A stretch of DNA of 64,000 nucleotides from a virus. Positions within the stretch are counted from its first letter, which is position 1; each line of letters opens with the position of its first letter. Location: positions 1-64,000 of the IMG/VR virus record IMGVR_UViG_3300037247_000655; one strand, written 5' to 3'. Below the pieces are notes generated by a model. That model did no database searches, had not been told where the DNA came from, and saw nothing but the letters and a program-made list of their open reading frames with translations. A program made the position numbers and the translations under genes. Below, one piece after another: positions 1 through 8,791 of this stretch.

Positions 1-548
1 TGCGTCCTAGTCGACGTTCCGACCTCGATAATTAAATCCAAGATAGAAGTGGACTATTAAAAAGACTTGCTATAAGGAATGCCTATCGGTATGACATTGC
101 GCCCGTGGTGGCTACTAACCTGATCGACCGACTTTACCGTTACAAGAATCTTCGACTTCCGTGTGACGACTTTCGCTCTCACCTTTGCTGTCTGGCGACT
201 AGGCCTTCAACCAACATTAGTGGCTATTATCGTGCAGACTTTCCGATTCTAGAACTTAGGACGGAATCCTACCACGAACGGATACCCCTTTATCGGGCTT
301 CAGACTGACGGTTTGGCTACTAGACCCCAAGCGTTAGACGATGAGACCATTGACCTACTACGTCAACCCTGACGGTTTACCGCTGACTAGACGGACCCCA
401 CTCTTACCTCCGTGTTGACATTCCACATCAGGACGTTATCGGTCGCCCCATATAATGTCCAGCGTCACTGGACGACTAGAATGTCCAAAGATCCACGCTC
501 GGAGCGACTTAGCTTATGCACCCCGAGCGCGGTACTGCAGACACTCGA
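1..548 (-). ncRNA. Candidate large structured ncRNA, probably continuing past the left window edge
   Basis: About 550 nt downstream of the 549..887 gene with no credible ORF. Minus-strand hairpins include GTCCAG-tgacg-CTGGAC, GGGGCG-accgataa-CGTCCT, CGG-taaa-CCG and ATGTC-ataccgata-GGCAT. Confidence 0.3.
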
Positions 549-887
549 CTACTTGCCCATATCGTTGAACGCCTTACGAGTAGCACCAACTGTGTTCCTA
601 CGACCGAGAATACTCTCGCCGATTACAGCGGCACTGTCTGAACCGAAACCAGCGTCAACAGGGGGCGTAAACCCTCCGCCATCCTCAATCTGACTTTCCA
701 AGACTTTCCACGCATGACTGAGCGCTGCGATAGCATCGTCCAGACTATCGAAACCAGAAGCAGCATCGACGATACGCTTCGCGTCGTGATAGACGGCCGC
801 GTTAGCCTTGAGCGAAGTCAGATCAAATCCAGCTTCAACGCTCTTTTCGGTAGACGTTCCGACTACTGTGCTATTGGACTGACCCAT
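549..887 (-). CDS. Hypothetical protein (112 aa)
   Basis: Strong RBS (CAGGAG) before the ATG and protein-like composition. Confidence 0.7.
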   Translation of the reverse strand: MGQSNSTVVGTSTEKSVEAGFDLTSLKANAAVYHDAKRIVDAASGFDSLDDAIAALSHAWKVLESQIEDGGGFTPPVDAGFGSDSAAVIGESILGRRNTVGATRKAFNDMGK

Positions 888-1556
888 AGTTATCTCCTGT
901 TTTTTGGGTCCGCCCCATAACCGAGACTACACCGCCCAATTATAGGACGGACAAGTAGAAACGTTACCGGAACTTCAAATTATACTATACGACCGGATTG
1001 CCCGGAAGTTATCAGACCTGTGCCGGATTCGACACAGATCGGTGTGCCACAAACACACGCCGATGCCAATTTGTTATCGGTGTATGTTGTTTTCGTCTAC
1101 ACTATATCTTAGGCTTAGTTATAGCAATCGTCAAGTAGCGCCCGCAAATAGATTTTCCGCGTTTTTGGGCTCCAATCCACGATATTATAGACCAATTACC
1201 GATAATATGCAATTCGCAAAACGTCCGCTTTCTGAGATCACATATCGGTCCAAAGCCTATAATAACCCGCCGTATTCGCGCCAAAGCGTGTTTTTATCAG
1301 CAAGACCTATAATACATATTATGCGCGTCTTAATATGGGGTCCTATAACGCGAAAAAACCTCAAATCGGCGATATTATCGCTATTATGGTATAAAAAAAC
1401 ACGTCCGCAAACGTAAAAGGCTGGTTTCAGGCTTAGAATGGCGATATTATGGGTGAAAAGACACAGGATAAGCTAGTTACCGGCATCGTCCCATATTCCT
1501 CACTGCCCAAAGTCCTATAACATATATGAGTTGTCAAGGAATCGTGTACAACTGGA

Positions 1557-2060
1557 TTATGGTCTGATAATGTTCAGATTTGCCATGGGTCCGAAAACCT
1601 CGATCGCCATTTCATTATAGGCCCTAGCCGCCTCTATCTCAGTCCGATAAGTCTTTCGAGTTGCCTTACCGTGATACTTTATTTGTGCCACCCAAGGGTG
1701 TGATAATCCAGGCTGCTGATAGAAAGAAACGCCCTTATATTGGGACCATTTGGCATCGCTTCTTTTGCGCATATTGCCGTTATTATCGGAAGCTGTTACA
1801 ATGCGCAGATTGGACCGATAATTGTTTAGTCCGTTTTTGTCGATATGGTCCGTATAACATTTGTTGCCGCGCCAAAGTCCCATAACCAGCCGGTGCATGT
1901 AGATTGTTTCTCGGACCTCACGTGGTCCGATACCTACTGTTACAACATAGTGTGTCAAATTGCGCCTAGTCTTGATAAGATGCCAATTATAGCGTCTTAT
2001 AAGCTCAGCATCATCGTTGTCGAAGAAGACCGATAATCCTTTGATTTTCATTTGTCCCAT
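1557..2060 (-). CDS. HNH homing endonuclease with AP2 domain
   Basis: MHRLVM...DHIDKNGLNNYRSNLR (HNH_3 type); C-terminal SQYKGVSF...WVAQI...EIEAARAYN (AP2). Confidence 0.9.
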   Translation of the reverse strand: MGQMKIKGLSVFFDNDDAELIRRYNWHLIKTRRNLTHYVVTVGIGPREVRETIYMHRLVMGLWRGNKCYTDHIDKNGLNNYRSNLRIVTASDNNGNMRKRSDAKWSQYKGVSFYQQPGLSHPWVAQIKYHGKATRKTYRTEIEAARAYNEMAIEVFGPMANLNIIRP

Positions 2061-2065
2061 AATGT

Positions 2066-2094
2066 ATTATACGCCCGAACATTGTTGTTGTTCC
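2066..2094 (-). promoter_or_regulatory. Class-1 promoter GGAACA-N15-CGTATAAT, probably giving a leaderless HNH-AP2 mRNA
   Basis: Matches a motif seen 9 times in the window; the ATG lies 5 nt after the -10 element. Confidence 0.7.
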
Positions 2095-2318
2095 GATAAT
2101 ATAAGAATTTTCTTATAAATATAGGACCAAGAGCTGCGAATACCCTTAGTCCCATATTGTTAGTCTTGGCTATTTGTTGTCCGATAATGCCCGTTTCATT
2201 CTCCGTTTGTTGTCGGTCCATATCTTTGCGCGAGCTACCGATAACTTCAAGTTTCTGTCTCTCTTGACTTTTCGCCAATTTTTATCGGACCTGCGCTCGT
2301 AATACATACACTTCGGTT

Positions 2319-2540
2319 TCACGTTATCGGCTCCTCCGTTTTCCGGACGTTCCCATCTTCGTCCGTATAATCTGCAATGTCCGATACAAATACGGTGGTG
2401 CGCGGAAATTTTATTACAGGATATTCGCCACAATATCCGATAAGTATCCCTTCAAACGGCCACTTATTCAGTGTCACTTTACTACCAACAGGTATCATAT
2501 TATCGCTCCTTTTCCGATAACTACTGTCCGGCTGCGCCAC
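2319..2540 (-). CDS. Small hypothetical protein, KOW/SH3-like (likely start MIPVGSKV)
   Basis: IPVGSKVTL motif; RBS AAGGAG before the internal Met. Confidence 0.5.
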   Translation of the reverse strand: MAQPDSSYRKRSDNMIPVGSKVTLNKWPFEGILIGYCGEYPVIKFPRTTVFVSDIADYTDEDGNVRKTEEPIT

Positions 2541-2994
2541 ACAATTCCTGAAGAGTTATAGGACACGCGCTCGTATTCGAGTCAGTTGCGTTTCTGTCCG
2601 GTAATCCTACTGTGTCCGCCTCATCCTTATCGGACAATAGCATAGTGCCGATGAAACCGAAGTTCCGCGCCAACCGGGATTTCAGTTGTGCTTTGGCAGA
2701 TACCTTGGAGCGCCCGAAAGCACACATTCCATATAACTTGCTGTGAAACGGACCAACGATTTCCGCCCGATAACCCCAAGGTGTCTTCATGTACCAAAAC
2801 CGGACAGCTCGCCGCTTATCTGCGCCGCATTCGTTTTTTTCGGACGACATTGCCGGTGGATTTATCGGATCGTAATCTGTGTCGAACTTGTGGCTCAATT
2901 TGTTATGGGTCTCTATGTTGGTCCGATCAGATAGTCGTTGCCTGTTTCCGATAACATTGGATACTCTAGTTCCCATAATTATTCCCCTCATCAT
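2521..2994 (-). CDS. Hypothetical protein (157 aa)
   Basis: ORF in the leftward gene string with RBS GAGGGG. Confidence 0.6.
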   Translation of the reverse strand: MMRGIIMGTRVSNVIGNRQRLSDRTNIETHNKLSHKFDTDYDPINPPAMSSEKNECGADKRRAVRFWYMKTPWGYRAEIVGPFHSKLYGMCAFGRSKVSAKAQLKSRLARNFGFIGTMLLSDKDEADTVGLPDRNATDSNTSACPITLQELCGAAGQ

Positions 2995-3199
2995 TATTGG
3001 CGTCCGATAGTTTATCGGTTCGGCCTACACTATATCATAGCATATCTGCGCCGGGAAGTCTAGCCGATAACCTGTAAATCCAAAAAACCTTTTGTGTCCT
3101 ATAAAAACGCACACAAGCCAAACTGGCTAGCTCAGGTCCGGTAACGTGCAGTACTCGTCCGATAATGATTATGTCGGCGCAAATAGAAGGTCCGATAAT

Positions 3200-3866
3200 C
3201 TATGCAAGAGCTATCGTTACAAGTACGGCCAATAACAGTGTCCGAATCCAGAACATCGTTCTCATATCATCGGTCTCCGAGGCATAGGTCCAATAAATAT
3301 GTGTGTTGCTCGCACATCCGATAATCAGGCCATCTCTCCGGAGCGTGGAATTCTTTATCGGTCTGCTCAGTGTATTCGATAGTGGCACACTCTTGGTCTG
3401 ATAACCAACGTACTATACTCGACACAAACATGTCCGGTATCACAACAAACGAGGGATGCCCAGTCATTCTAGTCCGATAACGTATTAGTGTCATGTGTCC
3501 CATAATGTTATACTCCAATGTCGTCCCATATTGACCAGATACTTATCGAACCTACAACCACCACCAAACAACATCCGATAATAGCAGCTATCATATTGTT
3601 CCCCCTTTTTCAAGCGTGTCTTTATTCTTGTCGTATTGTGCAATCGTTTTTCGTGTTTTCTTATCGGCTTTCCACCGTCTGATAAGCTCAGCAAAGAAAC
3701 GTCTGATAATATTCACAGTTGTCCCCCCCGTGTCAGAACCGAACATTGTCTAAGAACCGAACACGATGCCAAGAATATTCTGAAGGTCCGAAAACAAGTT
3801 GCTCAGATTCGCTATCACAATCGTTCCAATCGTTCCTGCGAGGCCGAGTATTGTGGTAATATTCAT
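3200..3866 (-). CDS. String of very small genes: 3750..3866 (38 aa, hydrophobic), 3591..3716 (41 aa), 3508..3594 (28 aa, TM), 3267..3503, 3200..3265 (21 aa, hydrophobic)
   Basis: Manually translated; G-rich RBSs, and abutting or overlapping starts and stops. Confidence 0.55.
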
Positions 3867-3908
3867 CGTCGTGTCCCCTATCATAAAGTGTATCGTTCAA
3901 CCTAATGG

Positions 3909-3937
3909 AGTATAGGATACAATCCGATCGATTGCAA
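3909..3937 (-). promoter_or_regulatory. Sigma70-type promoter TTGCAA-N17-TATACT driving the leftward genes
   Basis: Near-consensus hexamers with 17-nt spacing, upstream of the first leftward gene. Confidence 0.65.
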
Positions 3938-4413
3938 GTATGGAAAAGATATTTCTTTCGTCCGATAACATCATGCGTGCGATGGTCTATAGGGTGCGAG
4001 GTATCGTCCTATAAGTACACAGGCAGAACAAGATGTATGGTCCGATAAAGTTTGTAGATGGCGTCCGATAAGCTCTTGCACGTCGTGCAAGGTTATGTCC
4101 GATAAGCATGTGTTGATAGCATAGTCCGATAAGGTTCGTCAAGCATAGTAGTCCGATAACAAGCTCAGGGGGGGGTAGCCCGATATATAGAATGTCCGAT
4201 AACGGGATAGGGGTCCGATAACGCGAGGGGGATCGCTCATAGTAGAACCCAAAATCATCCTACCCTACAACTTTTATCACACCATATTTATCGTAGCCCG
4301 CCATTCTCTTCACCACCCTCCTTCTTCCCCGCTAGGGGCCACCCCTTCTTTACACCCTCAAACCAATCGCTTTATCAGACGTGCATTTATCTGAAAAAAA
4401 ATCGGAGGGACGT

Positions 4414-4442
4414 GCAATAGGGAATGCAGTTAGACGTATAAT
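4414..4442 (+). promoter_or_regulatory. Class-1 promoter GCAATA-N15-CGTATAAT
   Basis: Recurrent motif at the head of the rightward operon. Confidence 0.7.
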
Positions 4443-4527
4443 AGATAGCAACCAGATGGGATTGCTCTCGTGAGTAAAACGCCGTGCCCTACTCTTTTGT
4501 GTCTTGCAACTTGAGGTATCATGAAAC

Positions 4528-4773
4528 ATGTCGGGACAACAGTCATATGCCCTCATATATGTTAATGGAGACTCTGTCGGTTGCTTCGAAGGGGAAGAGT
4601 TGGCATACATTGATTTTATAAATTTTACGACAGACTCACCATGTACACAACATGAGCTTTTCAGTATCACGTATAGAAAAGGACCAGGTAGTAATCCAGA
4701 AGGAATCTTGGCACCAAAGAAAACAGTAATCGTAACTGACGGTATGATTTTTGATGTTATTGTCACTAGTTAG
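4528..4773 (+). CDS. Ubiquitin-like (Multi_ubiq / multiubiquitin domain) protein
   Basis: IYVNG...ITYRKGPGSNPEGILAPKKTVIVTDGMIFDV matches the recalled pattern of bacterial multiubiquitin domains. Confidence 0.7.
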   Translation: MSGQQSYALIYVNGDSVGCFEGEELAYIDFINFTTDSPCTQHELFSITYRKGPGSNPEGILAPKKTVIVTDGMIFDVIVTS

Positions 4774-4782
4774 GAGATAGAA

Positions 4783-4995
4783 ATGATTCGTATTTTGAGC
4801 AAAAATGATCAGGTTCTTATTGCTGGTATCGGCGCGTCCGGCGTTACTATAGATCCAGATGGAGTGCTATTAAATCTAGACATAGATGATTTTGATATAA
4901 TTGACATCGATCTTGATGATGGGAAAGTGGTACAAATCCGATCATTATCCACTGTAACATACGACCTTGAGATCAGTAGATTGATTAAAACATAG
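4783..4995 (+). CDS. Hypothetical acidic protein
   Basis: RBS AGGAG, in operon. Confidence 0.6.
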   Translation: MIRILSKNDQVLIAGIGASGVTIDPDGVLLNLDIDDFDIIDIDLDDGKVVQIRSLSTVTYDLEISRLIKT

Positions 4996-5063
4996 AATTT
5001 GGCAAGAATAACCATGCGATTACTTTGGTGAGCTTCGTATGGTCTTTTATATTGGAGAAAGTT

Positions 5064-5348
5064 ATGAGAGCTAGAATTGGTGATTTGGCGATTGCAAGAT
5101 TTGATCCTACAAAGGACGATATCAGAGCTGGTAAAAAATGGAACGAAAAGGTATGTTTAGTTATAGAGGCTTTTACTTATGGACGAAACGATACTAGATC
5201 ACATAGATTCATCTACTGGGACGGTAGTATATATCAAAAAGATCTACCACCGCATCGTCTTGTTCGTGTTCGCCTGAATCGTGATTACGACTGGACAGGG
5301 AACTTCCAAGACATTACAATAGACAAAGTGGTTGAGGTCAAAAGATAG
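5064..5348 (+). CDS. Hypothetical SH3/KOW-like protein
   Basis: RBS GGAG before MRARIGDLAI. Confidence 0.55.
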   Translation: MRARIGDLAIARFDPTKDDIRAGKKWNEKVCLVIEAFTYGRNDTRSHRFIYWDGSIYQKDLPPHRLVRVRLNRDYDWTGNFQDITIDKVVEVKR

Positions 5349-5380
5349 CAACATAATGCTGCTCTCATGAGTTTCGCACA

Positions 5381-5845
5381 ATGAAATCGCTTAAAAGAAA
5401 AGCTATCCCAGATTACCCAGACTATTTCGCTGACAGAGAGGGACTTATCTGGAGGAAACTTTATGGTTCGTGGCGTGTTATTAATCCTGTCACACACCAT
5501 GATGGTTATCAATACACTTATGTTGGTATACAGAAGCGTGTGTTGACACAACGTTTGGTCTGCGCGGCTTTTAAGGGTATGTGCCCAGAAGATATGCAAA
5601 TATGTATTCGTCGGGCCAAGAATCAACAGCCTCGTAGACTGAGATCACAGAGATATTTGAAATGGGGAAAATACACCGATAAGAGAAAAAGAAAGAATTA
5701 TACTAGGCTATCAGAAAGCGATCAAAAACAAATACTGAGATTGTATAAAGAAGGAAAGACTCAAATTGATATAGCTCGTCGATTTGGAGTGACACAGCCC
5801 GCAATTTCGTATCTAATCAAAAGAAAAACGAGGAGTGTAGTATAA
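5381..5845 (+). CDS. Degenerate NUMOD4/HNH-like protein with C-terminal HTH
   Basis: KAIPDYPDYFADREG (NUMOD4-like); QRLVCAAFKG in place of HRLV; TQIDIARRFGVTQPAIS (HTH). Catalytic His/Asn residues not evident. Confidence 0.7.
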   Translation: MKSLKRKAIPDYPDYFADREGLIWRKLYGSWRVINPVTHHDGYQYTYVGIQKRVLTQRLVCAAFKGMCPEDMQICIRRAKNQQPRRLRSQRYLKWGKYTDKRKRKNYTRLSESDQKQILRLYKEGKTQIDIARRFGVTQPAISYLIKRKTRSVV

Positions 5846-6105
5846 TGGAAATCATAGTTTGTCTTAAGTTAGAAGTTGATGGGGACCAAGTGAAGGCAGT
5901 CAATGGCACCAATGACACCGAAGACCAAATTAAATCAAAGATTCGGGCTTGGGTTGCAGACAGAGTAGGATACGATTCTGTAGCAATCGCGGGTATCTCA
6001 TTATATAGTAGTTGTCTATTAGCAGAAATAGAAGGAACAGATACTCTGCGAATAGTACCGTCTCATCCAGTAGTGAAATTACCACCTGACACGAAGATAC
6101 AATAA
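5845..6105 (+). CDS. Hypothetical protein
   Basis: Start overlaps the previous stop; RBS GAGGAG. Confidence 0.6.
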   Translation: MEIIVCLKLEVDGDQVKAVNGTNDTEDQIKSKIRAWVADRVGYDSVAIAGISLYSSCLLAEIEGTDTLRIVPSHPVVKLPPDTKIQ

Positions 6106-6169
6106 TGTATTATGTACGTTTCAGACACATCCCCCTTTTTGTGTCTTGCAACAAGGAGAAAGAAAACAA

Positions 6170-6409
6170 ATGTCATCTAAAAAGAAGAAGCAACCAGTTG
6201 ATTCTACATCGACACAACGTTTTGTTGAAACATCTAGAGAAATCCATTTAGCTCAACTGTATGACAACGATAATCATATGTTGGAACCTAGTGAATATTT
6301 AGTAATTGGCCTAGTGAATACGACGATATTAGAAATAGGTGCAATCATATGTAAAAATGATATAGAGTGTCTTATGTATTATGATGGGTGTATGGTCTTC
6401 ATAGATTAG
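6170..6409 (+). CDS. Hypothetical protein
   Basis: RBS AAGGAG. Confidence 0.55.
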   Translation: MSSKKKKQPVDSTSTQRFVETSREIHLAQLYDNDNHMLEPSEYLVIGLVNTTILEIGAIICKNDIECLMYYDGCMVFID

Positions 6410-6421
6410 GGATAAAAATAA

Positions 6422-6706
6422 ATGAAACAACCTGCACTCGACAGAATAGCACAAGTTGGTGATACGATTCGTATAACTACTAGAACGTTATCATTATGTG
6501 GAGAAAAACTTATTGTAACTTATTCATCACAACGGGGAGTCATGGCTCAACATCCTGAAGGAAGTTACAACCCATGGAGTTTTCTTCATAGTCATTATGA
6601 AGTGGTTGAAAGTGGAGATAAGGGTTCTTGTGAACTTTGCCATGATTGTAATGGTACAGGAAAAATTCAATTATTCACTTCTACTATTAAATGTAGTTGT
6701 ACGTAG
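6422..6706 (+). CDS. KOW-like plus C-terminal CxxCxGTG Zn-finger family, member 1
   Basis: AQVGDTIRIT...CHDCNGTGKIQLFTSTIKCSC. Confidence 0.75.
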   Translation: MKQPALDRIAQVGDTIRITTRTLSLCGEKLIVTYSSQRGVMAQHPEGSYNPWSFLHSHYEVVESGDKGSCELCHDCNGTGKIQLFTSTIKCSCT

Positions 6707-6851
6707 TAATGGTGTCCAAGATTAAAGAAGGATAAAAATGACTTATCTGATTGGTGTGATATGGGCGTTACTCTGCATATTCTTTATTTTTGTATTAATA
6801 CTACCTATTCAAGTATGGATACGACTATGGAAATCTATATGGACGAAATAA

Positions 6852-7149
6852 ATGAACAAACATAAGTGGAATTGGCAGAGGACGTACCATCCAAGTGAGA
6901 GAGGGTGTCTGTTCTAGAGCCAAGAAGGGACTCTTGAGTTTAACAGTCTCACCAGATATAGCCGTAGGGGTGAAGCCTAACCTATGGGTGGCTCAGGCGT
7001 GTCTTCCCTATTGGGCGCGTGTAGCAGATCGCAGAATCCCTGGTAGACAAACGGCTGAGGTTTTGGCTAAAGATCTTCTAATTGGGGCATATATCGCTAT
7101 CGTACAAGAGATGAAACTTCACGGTATTGAGTTGCCAGACACAGAATAG
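6852..7149 (+). pseudogene. Frameshifted paralog of 8326..8625 and 13418..13681
   Basis: ATG 6852 (MNKHKWNW) is in frame 0; the body (RAKKGLLSLTVS...EMKLHGI) continues in the +1 frame across a GAGAGAG run. Confidence 0.5.
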
Positions 7150-7155
7150 GAGTAA

Positions 7156-7530
7156 TTGACAATGAGAGGACCGTATACTTTTGAAGAGAAAGATCCAGAT
7201 GATGAATATAAATATGCCGTAGGTGACTGGATCAAGAGCGATGATAGCATTTGTGCGTTTTGGAAAATTAGCAAACAACTAAAATTGGACGGCTTACTTG
7301 CCTATGATGTGATGTTTATGTCAGGAGATTTATCAAAGAGAGGACTAAGACACATTGGCGATTTTTCAGCAGTATGGGAACACGATGTACGTCCATTGAC
7401 TGACCAGAGAGATATTCTTTTGTGTCGTGCATCAGACCTCAAGCTCCAAGAATATGAACTATTAAAACGAGCCAAACAACTTGGAAGTGATTGTGACGCT
7501 TTGATGAGATCCAGGGAATTAATAAAATAA
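7156..7530 (+). CDS. Hypothetical protein
   Basis: In operon; YAVGDWIK KOW-like motif. Confidence 0.6.
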   Translation: MTMRGPYTFEEKDPDDEYKYAVGDWIKSDDSICAFWKISKQLKLDGLLAYDVMFMSGDLSKRGLRHIGDFSAVWEHDVRPLTDQRDILLCRASDLKLQEYELLKRAKQLGSDCDALMRSRELIK

Positions 7531-7543
7531 GGAGAAGCAACAA

Positions 7544-7697
7544 ATGGGTAATAAATTGACTCTTTATTATTCTGTAGAAAATTGTATTGAAAAGAGATCC
7601 ATCCACACATTCGGCGTCTTGCTCCAAGTGTAATGGCACTGGTAAGATAATGCTATTAACATCTACGGTAGATTGTGAATGCAATGAAACTGTCTGA
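7544..7697 (+). pseudogene. Broken member of the CxxCxGTG Zn-finger family
   Basis: RBS plus ATG at 7544; the +1 frame from 7578 reads KIVLKRDP...CSKCNGTGKIMLLTSTVDCEC. Confidence 0.6.
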
Positions 7698-7890
7698 AAT
7701 AGAACTAGGAATGATAGTCTGGGTTCCCAAGATATACTCAGACGGATACGAGTCTATGATTGTGATTGATAAGCCACAGGTACTAGTTAATAACCGTTTG
7801 TTGACATACGTGAAGTTGGGAGTGGATGAAGGCAGGGGCAAGTATTATACCTCCAGGTGGGCTCGTATCTTGAGGAAGGAAAAGCCATGA
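7675..7890 (+). CDS. Small hypothetical SH3/KOW-like protein
   Basis: IELGMIVWV motif. Confidence 0.5.
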   Translation: MNAMKLSEIELGMIVWVPKIYSDGYESMIVIDKPQVLVNNRLLTYVKLGVDEGRGKYYTSRWARILRKEKP

Positions 7891-8339
7891 AGGCGCAGCC
7901 GGGTGATAAGATTATTGTGACACAACGAGATTGTCGTTGTCACGGTGCGATCGGTTTTGTCCACTCCTCTGATGAGATATTTAACCGAATTTGGGTCAAT
8001 AAAACAGGTGGTTGGGGGCAATTTTGGCTAAACAATGGATCCTATAAGATCCTTGAAGATACAGATGTCCCTGAAGTTGGCGATTCTATTATTATTACAA
8101 CTAGGGCTTGGGGAAAAGATCGTTACAAAACATTTGAGATATCAGCTATAGATGGGTGTTATACAAAAATAGCCGATAGCTTAGAGTGGTGGGCCAATCC
8201 TTATTTATATAAGGATGAATATAAAATATTGAAAAGAAACCCAAAGACTTCTAAACAAACTTGCTTAGATTGCAACGGAACAGGACAGATACAGTTATTC
8301 TCTTCTACGGTTAGGTGTGAATGTAATGAAAAAGATTAA
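7887..8339 (+). CDS. KOW-like (two domains) plus CxxCxGTG Zn-finger family, member 2
   Basis: AQPGDKIIVT and EVGDSIIIT; CLDCNGTGQIQLFSSTVRCEC. Confidence 0.75.
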   Translation: MKAQPGDKIIVTQRDCRCHGAIGFVHSSDEIFNRIWVNKTGGWGQFWLNNGSYKILEDTDVPEVGDSIIITTRAWGKDRYKTFEISAIDGCYTKIADSLEWWANPYLYKDEYKILKRNPKTSKQTCLDCNGTGQIQLFSSTVRCECNEKD

Positions 8340-8625
8340 TTGGAAACCAATAGTGATGAAATGGAGAACCAAAGCCACTTATAATCTTGAGGCAAGGATG
8401 GGCAATGTTAATTTGTTATGTTCGCATTATAAGACTCTTACTGGTAAACATGAGTGGAGGGCTATGGTATCCATTAACTACATTTCTTCATCCACAAAAA
8501 AAGGACCATTTAGACGCTCCTTAGCAAAAGCAACAGATGATGCGGCTCGGCTTGTTGAGGAAATGTTAATGGATTACTACACAAGTATCACACGAGAAAT
8601 GAAATGTTGCGGAGTTGGTATGTGA
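8326..8625 (+). CDS. Hypothetical protein, paralog of 13418..13681
   Basis: MGNVNLLC...KGPFRRSLAKATDDAARL aligns with MGSVLLSC...IGPERSSLELAKYDAERL. Confidence 0.7.
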   Translation: MKKINWKPIVMKWRTKATYNLEARMGNVNLLCSHYKTLTGKHEWRAMVSINYISSSTKKGPFRRSLAKATDDAARLVEEMLMDYYTSITREMKCCGVGM

Positions 8626-8791
8626 TGGCTGATACCCCAAGAGAATTTTATGACGAGCTGATTGATAAAATAGGCGGCTTGCTCTTTGGTACTCCACAGG
8701 CTCACATGGCTTATCCATACAGGATACTTGTCGACGCGTGGCTTAAGAAGAATGGGCTTGGGCCAGACGACATAGAGAGGTGGATGGCTAA

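Larger units (their letters stand above)
1642..4221 (+). repeat. Field of GTCCGATAA motifs
   Basis: Perfect plus copies at 1642, 2179, 3157, 3190, 3472, 3960, 4040, 4063, 4097, 4124, 4151, 4194, 4213. Minus copies at 2282 and 2627. Many 1-mismatch variants from about 940 onward. Confidence 0.9.

Noticed and set aside
105-1416. Plus-strand ORFs 105..308, 412..693, 714..920 and 1042..1416
   Set aside because: No convincing RBS, atypical composition, and either antisense to a better gene or within motif-rich intergenic DNA.
3950-4230. CRISPR array
   Set aside because: The repeat is only 9-10 nt and non-palindromic, spacing is irregular (16-46 nt), no cas genes are present, and the same word is dispersed through neighbouring genes.
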